Notes under the pieces: model-generated
Told to the model about the DNA's origin: nothing
The model's database searches: none
What the model saw: the letters and a program-made list of their open reading frames with translations, nothing else
Position numbers and translations under genes: made by a program
DNA from: the human T2T-CHM13v2.0 reference genome, Homo sapiens
NCBI RefSeq assembly: GCF_009914755.1
Contig: NC_060940.1
Length of the DNA stretch: 64,000 bases
Strand: one strand, 5' to 3'
Part shown: positions 48,887-64,000 of the stretch, one piece after another
Position numbering within the stretch: the stretch's first letter is position 1
Layout: every line of letters begins with the position of its first letter

Positions 48887-49739
48887 GTTGAAGGTTTAAT
48901 GGCTTAGAGTGCGCACAGAGTGGGGTGGGAACTTGTGTGTCTCACCCCTGCCCCACCCCGCTTGGGTTTCCCTACAGTTTCTACCAGGTTCATAAGCAGA
49001 ACCTAAAACAAATGGGTTTAGAAGTAACTTTAGCCTCTTTGGCTACTTCTGGTGCTCGCCGAATCCAGAAAAATGGTCTTTTTAAATGTCCTGTTATTTT
49101 GCACAAACGATTTCCTGCTTAGAGTGAGGAGCAAAACCTCTGGCTTTTAACCCTGCCAAAGACCTACTTGAAGTCAATCTGTGCATATTTAATTTTTCAG
49201 GCTCAGCAAGGTCTTATCTCATTCTATCTGCATTTTATAACAATCCCACATTTTCTCTCTACTTTCCTCAAGCATTCTAACCCTTCCGTGTCCTCGCTGC
49301 CCGCCACCCACTCAAGGGAACTTCACCTACTCAAGAGCCACAGGGGCTGGACAGAAGAACCTGGCAGCTGTCCAAAGCCTTCAGCGCCTAATTTCCCACC
49401 AAGTGCAAGACTGACAAGGTTCTTCCCTGCGGTCTCCTCTTGCCAATCCTCACCGCGTTCTTAGTTCCTGCCTCAGTGTTATTTTCTCCAAGCAACATAG
49501 CAAGTGAGGCCCGATGGGTCTGGAAGGCTTACACGGCCCAAAGGGACAATGACGGCAGGCTTCAGAGCTGTGGTTGAGAGTCTGGAGGATTTCAGCCTGG
49601 ATTTCACATACCATCCTCATCATGAGGAAGGAAGCAGCCCCCATCTGGGAGCTGGGAGGTAGGTTGGTTGCCGACAGCACCAGGTTCACCTACTGAGGGT
49701 TCACATCTGTGAAAAAGTTTCTCCTTCCCACTAACTGGA

Positions 49740-49940
49740 TCCCATTTGGCCTGGTTTGAGTCATGTGTTCATCCCTGGGCCAATCACTATTGCCTAATGG
49801 AAGGATTCTGATAGGCCACATCCAAGTCGCATGATCATGTTGAGTCATGTGCTCATCTCTGGACCAATCACTGTGACCTACTGGGCAGATTCTAATAAGC
49901 CAGGCCCAAGTCACATGATCACCTTCCTGATTGTGGGGGT
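49740..49940. mobile_element. MLT1-type MaLR remnant with an 84-bp tandem duplication
   Basis: Two diverged units tgagtcatgtg..ccaatcact..ccaagtc(g/a)catgatca starting at 49757 and 49841. Confidence 0.6.
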
Positions 49941-50251
49941 GAGAAGTCAGGATTGTAGTTACCAAAAGAAGGGGAGTGAATCTCAGAGAAACAAGAACAG
50001 TGGCTTTCTCTACATATATCTACTCAAAAACAGCAACAGCAAACAAAAAATTAGAAGGAAGGATGAAGACAAACACTAGGAACATAAAAGTCTCTCCTAT
50101 TCTCTAGATAGATGCATCCTTAGGATCAACCTCTACATATCATTTTGTAACTGTTATTTTTACTTATTTGTTGAGGACTTAGTATATACAGTGCTCTAAT
50201 AAAGCTCAGCACAGAGGAGGCATAGAAAGACTGGGAAAAAAGGTAAGTGCA

Positions 50252-50525
50252 GCTGGGAGCAGTGGCTCACACCTATAATCCCAGCACTTTGGGAGGGTGA
50301 GGCAGGAGGATCGCTTGAGGCCATGAGTTCAAGGCCAGCCTGGGCAACATAAGATGTCTGTCTGTAAAAAACTAAAAGAAAATAAATTAGCCAGTGTGGT
50401 GGCACATGACTATAGTTCCAGCTACTCAGGAAGCTGAGGCGGGAGGATCGCTTGAGCCCAGGAGTTCCATGCTGCAGTGAGCTATGATCGTGACAGAGTG
50501 AGACTGTGAGTCTTAAAAAAAAAGA
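50252..50525 (+). mobile_element. AluJ-type
   Basis: Sense dimer. Confidence 0.85.
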
Positions 50526-52697
50526 AAAAGTAAATACTTTTTTAAGCTTTTAATATAAATGAGCACACTGTCCCTAGAGGGATTTCATCTTTGTACACCC
50601 ACTCACTGTGCCTAGACTTCCCTACCCACCAGCCTCAGCATAGCACAGCCATGGAACCATCCTCCCACAGAAGACAATGCTCAGAGGTCTCTTTCCAGGA
50701 AGGCCTTTTCAGGAGGCCTCAACCTCCAATTCGAGTCTCTGAGGCTTAAAAACTGAAAAGTCTGGAAAATGTCCATCTTACACCCTTTCACCTCCTTATT
50801 GGAGGCCCTATGCCCCCCCGATGTCCTTCTCTCCTGTTGCCCTTCAGGTGTTGGCCAGAGATAGCTTAAGGCAAGAACTGTTCAGGACCATTTATGGTTT
50901 TTAATATCAGAGCTTGGGAAGACTTACTGGTGGAATTTCAGGCATCGGGACCCGCAGTGGAGGAAATCCTATAATTTGATGTCAGACTGACTTGGGTTTC
51001 ATCCCCAGCCTTATCACTTACTAAATGTGTGGCATTGGGCAAAATACTGAACGGATCGTCCAGTTATTTTGAGGATAAACTTGAAAGTACTACTATATTT
51101 TAAATACCCATCAAGGGATCTGGTTTAAAGTCAGCACCTGGTAAATGTAATGTTGCACTGTGACTTGCTTTGCTGTTTGACCTTTGCGAAATCCCCGTGT
51201 CTCTGGACAATGAGGGTTGAATGAGATGTTCTGCCTGTTCTGAGAGCCTGGGATTTCCAAGTGCAGGACGTGTTGGAAGTCCAGTGCAGAGAATGGCATG
51301 GTGTGTGTGCATGCATGCACCTGTATGCCTGTGTTTTGTGTGGAAGCATGAGTGTATGTGTGTCCCTTCGCACTAGGAGAAGATGTTACCCTTGGAACCC
51401 CAAATTCTGTGGAGGCAGAGAACCTTCCAGCTTCCTGCCACCATGTCAGGGTGGCAATCACTTGAATGTTTTGGAAAACCTGAGAGGCTGGCAGGGGGAT
51501 GGATCTGCAGGAGACCAAAGTTGGGTTGCCAGGGAGTCACCTCCACTCCTTCCCCAGGATGCCTGAAAGAAATAAGGGGGCTAGGTGGGTTTGGCCTGGC
51601 TCCTCCACAACTCTGTATCTGTGCACAGCGGGCTCAGCTCTTCCTGCAGTGTGCTGGCTGGTGGCCAGGCCTCGTTTTCAATGTTCACAGCTAAATTGGA
51701 TTCAGATGTTGCTGAGGAATCTGATATTAAACAAATGCATTCCCTGGGCAGCCGGTTCTTTCTACTGCGGAAGGGCAGGAAGCCTCGGACCCCCAAGCCT
51801 GGGCAGAGGTGTTGGAGGGGCCCAGGCTGGTGGGATCTCAGGTTGTTTCTTCTGTGGGGCAGTAGGGTGTTCCCTAGCTGGCCTAACTTATGGCCAGGTT
51901 ATCATGTTCATGAAATATCTGGTCAAATGATGGGCTGGGCCTCTTTCAAAGGTACATGAATCCCACCTCTCCATCTTGGGAGCTGCCTCCAGACCAGCTT
52001 GATTTCTTGTGTGCTTTCCTTAACTTGAGCTTGTCCTTTCATCAAGCTTGGAAGGGTCCGGCTGCATGGAGCTGGTGGTGGAACATGTCAAGGGAGTCCA
52101 GGAGCTGAGCATGGATGCTCCATCGCCCTCCTATGTTTTGAAATCTACTGAATGTCACAGGTAATCTTCCCTCTCTTCCTTCCAGGGGTACTGTGCGCCA
52201 GGCATTCAAAGACAGCACTCAGGAGATCTTCATAGCAGCCCTCAAAGTAGGTTTTAGCCTCTGCTCAGAGTAACTGTTAAATAACTCCATGGAGGTTACA
52301 ACAGCAGAACAGCAGAGGCTGGTGGAGCCACAATTGAAGTTCAGGTCTGGCTGACACTGGGACAGTGTTTTTTCCCTCTTCCATGGTGTATTCATCAAGC
52401 ACTGGGCCTGACACCAGGGGACACAGATAAACCAGAACCCCTGCCCTGCGGAAGCTGGTGGGGCAGGGAGGAGTCAATAACAACTGAGACAGACCGGAGC
52501 AAAAGGTGGGCTGAAGCAGGGCTGGAAATGACTTCAGTGGAGCACAGGAGAGGGAGAGACGCAGCTGCAAAGAGGTGCTGACTGAGTCAGGGAGAGGCTG
52601 TTACGGAGGGGGACAACCCTCAGGGATGGTGGCTCTCTAAAGGAGCAGGACATGGCGACTAAATGCAATGTGGGATCCCAGGTTGGCTCTTGGATTA

Positions 52698-54138
<1,441 letters not shown>

Positions 54139-54320
54139 TTATTTCCCTATTTTCTTAGCTCTTGACCCAGTGTGGCATCATCCACCTGGCTTTCTCCTTC
54201 ATGGCAATGTGAGCCCTCTGAAAGCAGTAATTCTTCGCTCCTCTTCTTTATCTTCATGGCTTTGCCCCCAGCACATGGTGGGGCTCTGTAAATATTTTTG
54301 AATGAATGAGTGACAAGGTG

Positions 54321-55346
<1,026 letters not shown>

Positions 55347-56196
55347 ATGGGGGAAGTGGGGGTAGGGGTGCATCTGGGGTTGGAGGGGAGGGATGAAGGC
55401 TGGAATTGGTCTAGGCTGGATGCCAGGGGTAGGCTGACCATGACACTAAGGCTGGAGACTGGGATGGGTTGAGGGCACCCAGCTGAGTGTTAAAAAAGAA
55501 GTAAAAAGGGTCCTCCTGCTCTGTGTGGCCCCGGGGAGCTGGACTAAAGCCAAAGGGAGGATGTTTTGGTTCCATTGAAGGGAAGCCTGTATGTTAAGAG
55601 GAACGCCAGTCTAAGTACAGAAAGAAGGAAGGTGCTCTGAGGGTGGGAGGTGAGTGTCCCTGCAGGCTTGGGGCTGAGGACACAGGTGGGCCTGAAGCTC
55701 CCAGGTTGTCCAGTGACCAGTGAGGTGCGATCTGGTGTCTGTCCTCCTGCTGAGGCCTGGCTGGGAACAGTGACCACACATGGGCAGTCAGGAGGAAGCT
55801 GAGGAACTCAAGGGCTGGAGAAGGTTCTGCCCCCACACTCCTCCCTGTGGACTGCCACCTGGCCAGGCCAGTTACAAAGTGTCCCTCAGGGCCCCCAAAG
55901 TTGCTCCCCAAGTTGGCTCTGGGCAGATCAGGATACCCGGACTTTGTGGATCAGGTTCTATCAGTAATGTTGGGCCACTCTGTTCCTGGTTTTCCAAAGT
56001 GGTTCTGTTCCCAGTTTTCCAAAGTGGTTGTAACAATTTACCCTTCTGCCATCAGTGGATTGCAGAGAGTTCCAGGGAGTTCCAGTTGCTCCACATCCTC
56101 TTCAACGTTTGATATTTTCTGTCTCATTTATTTTAGCCTTTTTGTTGGGGATAGCTGTGGTTTTAAACAGCTAAACCACACTTTTGTTGGTGCTAC

Positions 56197-57517
56197 TGAG
56201 AGGTGACAGCATGCTGGCAGTCCTCACAGCCCTCGCTCGCTCTTGGCGCCTCCTCTGCCTGCGCTCTCACTTTGGCGGCACTTGAGGATCCCTTCAGCCC
56301 GCCTCTGCACTGTGGGAGCCCCTTTCTGGGTTGGCCAAGGCCGGAGCTGGCTCCCTCAGCTTGCAGGGAGGTGTGGGGGGAGAGGCACAAGCAAGCGGGA
56401 ACCCGGGCTACGCACGGCACTTGCGGGCCAGCTGGAGTTCCGGGTGGGCGTGGGCTTGGCAGGCCCCGCACTTGGAGCAGCCCTGGGCAATGAGGGGCTT
56501 AGCACCTGGGCCAGTGGCTGCGGAGGGTGTACTGGGTCCCCCAGCAGTGCCGGCCCACCGGTGCTGCACTTGATTTCTCGCCGGGCCTTAGCTGCCTCTC
56601 CTCGGGGCAGGGCTCGGGACCTGCAGCCCGCCATGCCTGAGCCTCCCCGCCTCCATGGGCTCCTGTGCGGCTGGAGCCTCCCCGACGAGCGCCGCCCCCT
56701 GCTCCACAGTGCCCAGTCCCATTGACCACCCAAGGGCTGAGGAGTGCGGGCGCACGGCGCGGGACTGGCAGGCAGCTCCACCTGCGGCCCCGGTGCGGGA
56801 TCCACTGGGTGAAGCCAGATGGGCTCCTGACTCTGGTGGGGACTTGGAGAACCTTTATGTCTAGCTAAGGGATTGTGAACACACCAATCAGCACCCTGTG
56901 TCTAGCTCAGGGTTTGTGAATGCACCAATTGACACTCTGTTATCTAGCTACTCTGGTGGGGACTTGGAGAACCTTTGTGTCTACACTCTGTATCTAGCTA
57001 ATCTAGTGGGGACGTGGAGAACCTTTGTGTCTAGCTCAGGGATTGTAAACGCACCAATCAGCGCCCTGTCAAAACAGACCACTTGGCTCTCTGTAAAATG
57101 AACCAATCAGCAGGATGTGGGTGGGGCCAGATAAGAGAATAAAAGCAGGCTGCCCGAGCCAGCAGTGGCAACCTGCTCGGGTCCCTTTCCACACTGTGGA
57201 AGCTTTGTTCTTTTGCTCTTTGCAATAAATCTTGCTACTGCTCACTCTTTGGGTCCGCACTGCCTTTTTGAGCTGTAACACCACAAAGGTCTGCAGCTTC
57301 ACGCCTTAAGAGCTGTAATACTGCGAAGGTCTGCAGCTTCACTTCTGAAGCCTGCGAGACCAGGAACCCACCAGAAGGAAGAAACTCCGAACACATCCGA
57401 ACATCAGAAGGAACAAACTCCAGACGCGCCACCTTAAGAGCCGTAACACTTACTGCGAGGGTCCGCGGCTTCATTCTTGAAGTCAGTGAGACCAAGAACC
57501 CACCAATTCCGGACACA
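56197..57517 (+). mobile_element. LTR12C (ERV9) solo LTR
   Basis: TGAGAGGTGACAGC start, CCAATTCCGGACACA end, 4-bp TSD ctac (56193-56196, 57518-57521), repeated CCAAT units, AATAAAA TATA-like element at 57138. Confidence 0.95.
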
Positions 57518-59900
57518 CTACCATAGGAACATGCCATGCCCTGGCAAGGTTGAGTTCCTATACTGTCTGCCCTTACAGCACATATGACATTTACAATTGT
57601 TCACTTCTGCATGTGCTCTTCTGACCGTCTCTTACCTCCATTCCACTACACCAGAAGCTTTGGAGGGAAAGGACTGCATTTGTTTTCTTTTCTTTTTGTT
57701 CCCAGTGTAGAGCCCAGGGCCTGCCACATAAATGGCCCTCCAGTCAACTAGGATTTGGAGTAACAGTGAGTGATCTCTTAAAGTGGTGACTCTCTATATA
57801 TATATATATGGGCACATGTTCTCAAGACCTCTTGAGACTGTGCCTCAGGAAAATACTTTTTTAAAAATATGCATTTATTTTGGTCTAAGTTAAATAAGTC
57901 CAGAAGTAAGAAGTCCAGTCGCTGAACTCGTGCTTATGGCGTGGTGACCTGTGATTGTTGGGAATTCAGGCTTGCTCTCTTGGGTGGCTCTGCTATTCAC
58001 CACTCTTGGCTTCCACATTGTGGTCCATGATGACTGCTCAAGTCATAACTTCCAAACTCCAGCCAGCACAGGGGGAGGAGATGATGATGCTTCCATTTTT
58101 AAGAATGTTTTATGAAGTTGTGTATACACTACTTCTGCTTATATCCACAAGTCACATCACATCACCACATATGCAAGGGTGCTCCTAGATGGAAGTTAGG
58201 GCTCGATTTCCAAGAAGGGGAGAGTCACCAGCAGTGCCTGCCACAGCCCTCAATAAATATGTATTGACTGGAGGAATGATCTTAGTCTGCACAACAACCC
58301 TCCAAGATAGGTGGTATTATTCCCATTTTATAGATGAATACACTGAGGATCAGAGAGGTTAAAACAGCCTGCCAAAGATAGTAAATGGGTGGCCCTGCAG
58401 CCCTGGGGCATCTCACCCCAGGTTTGGCCAGCTGTTGGCTTCCTGTAGCAACCTGGACATTGTCCTCCCCACTCCAGGCCCATTTTTCTGCCTGTCCTAT
58501 AAGCCTGTGGGTCTTTCCAGCTCTGACCTTCTGAATTTCCATGACAAGCCTGTAGTCCCTCTGCTCAGAAGAGCCAGAACCTTCTAGTTCCCCGCACGGG
58601 GCTACATCAGGGGATGGTGGAAGTCTAAGACTAGCTCTGTGAGGGCCTGGCCTCCATTCCTCCCACTGAAGACTCTGACCACCCAGGGAGGACCTACTCC
58701 TGACCCCAGCTGCCCAGTAGGCCCCTGTCCTCGCTGTCCCTCAGGCCCCACGCGCCTCCACCATCCTGCTTTGTTTCCTGCATCCCACCAACCCAGTTCC
58801 CGCCTCCCAGCCAATGCAGGGCCCCTGATGCTGGGCCAGAGGAGCCATCTCAGGCTGCAACTGCTGGTGGTGGGCACAGGTGGGGCTGTCCTCTGCCCAC
58901 ACACTGCACATGAGTCAGGAGCTGCTGGGAACGCTGTCTGGTTTCTGGGTGTCTGGTCCCAACAAGCTCTCCTCCCATCCCAGACCTGCCCGCTGTGTCC
59001 TGCCTGCCTTTGACGGGAGCTGCAGACTACAGTGAAATGCTTTCCTTCCCTGCCAACCCAATGCTTCCACCAATGAAATCCCAACCTTTGCATAATCCAC
59101 AAGGAATTTGGCCTCTGGCTGCAAGATTGTGTTGCTGACTGTCTCCTGGACGCCTGTAAGGCTCACCCTCCACAGCCTTCCCATCACATGACGTAGGCTC
59201 CCTAACACATTTAATCCCTTCTGCGGGGTGGGGGACTCACCTCCTCTCCCATCTCTTCATCTGCTCACTACATATTTATTGAGCACCTACTCTACGCCAC
59301 ATTGTGCCAAGCATAGGAAATACAGTGCTGAAAAAGTGAGTCCCCATGGCCTAAAGAGAGAGATGGGCATTAAATACAATCTCTCCATGAACATTTGATG
59401 ACAGCATGAGCCATGTGTGCTAAAGGAAGGGAACACATTTCTATGTGCTCATTTATGCCACAAAGATTTATTGAAGGCCTTCTGTGTCGCAGGCTGTGTT
59501 CCATGACAGTGTATTAGAAAATTCCAGCCTAGGCTGGAGCTGAGGCTACCTGAGTTATTATGAAGGATGAGTCAGAGCTACCTGGAAAAAGTGAGAAGGG
59601 AGCCTGGGGTGGAGGGGTGGGTACAGAAGTGCTCTTGACCGAGGGAGAGCGTGTGTGGACCTGGCTTAGTCTGTCCCTCCAAGAGGAAGGCAGTGTGGCT
59701 GAAGGATGGAGACCAGGAAGTGAGGAAGGGGATGACATTGGGTCCCTGTGTCTCCTTCTAGTCCATTTCACTGGTCAAATCTCACCTCCTCAGTATATAT
59801 TGATCACTTTCTGCCTTTAGATCCCCAATGTCACCTGCATGGGCCTGTCCCTGCTTAGGGAGGGGTCTCTGGAGGGCAGGCATTCAAAGGCAGAGGAAGA

Positions 59901-64000
<4,100 letters not shown>

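Noticed and set aside
56193-57537. ORF cluster and tandem units resembling a repeat-spacer array
   Set aside because: Normal LTR12 internal repeats; human DNA, not CRISPR.

Overview
Human genomic DNA (a consensus-identical AluYa5, an SVA and an LTR12C are present). It looks intergenic and is dominated by repeats: about 50 Alu copies, young and old L1s, ERV1/MaLR LTRs, MER44/MER20 DNA transposons, MIR and L2. I see no intact protein-coding gene; almost all ORFs in the track are Alu, L1, SVA or LTR translations. There are three retrocopies of cellular RNAs: (1) a near full-length processed pseudogene of the bicistronic MOCS1 mRNA (44281-47130; probably MOCS1P1), fused at its 5' end to a 3'-truncated Alu with both parts inside one target-site duplication (TSD); (2) an old, Alu-interrupted C18orf32 processed pseudogene on the minus strand (about 17529-18997) that the ORF track misses; (3) a U13/SNORD13 snoRNA retrocopy. 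I found no convincing new biological system. The most interesting signals are mechanistic fossils: the Alu-MOCS1 chimera with a possible self-terminating Pol III unit and retained CpGs, MOCS1 disease alleles carried by the pseudogene, a spliced L1 (SpIRE), a twin-primed L1, a two-donor locally templated insertion inside an Alu, repeated re-use of the same L1-endonuclease sites, and a microhomology-joined inverted Alu pair. All family and gene assignments come from remembered consensus sequences and were not checked by search. Repeat boundaries are approximate unless a TSD is given.
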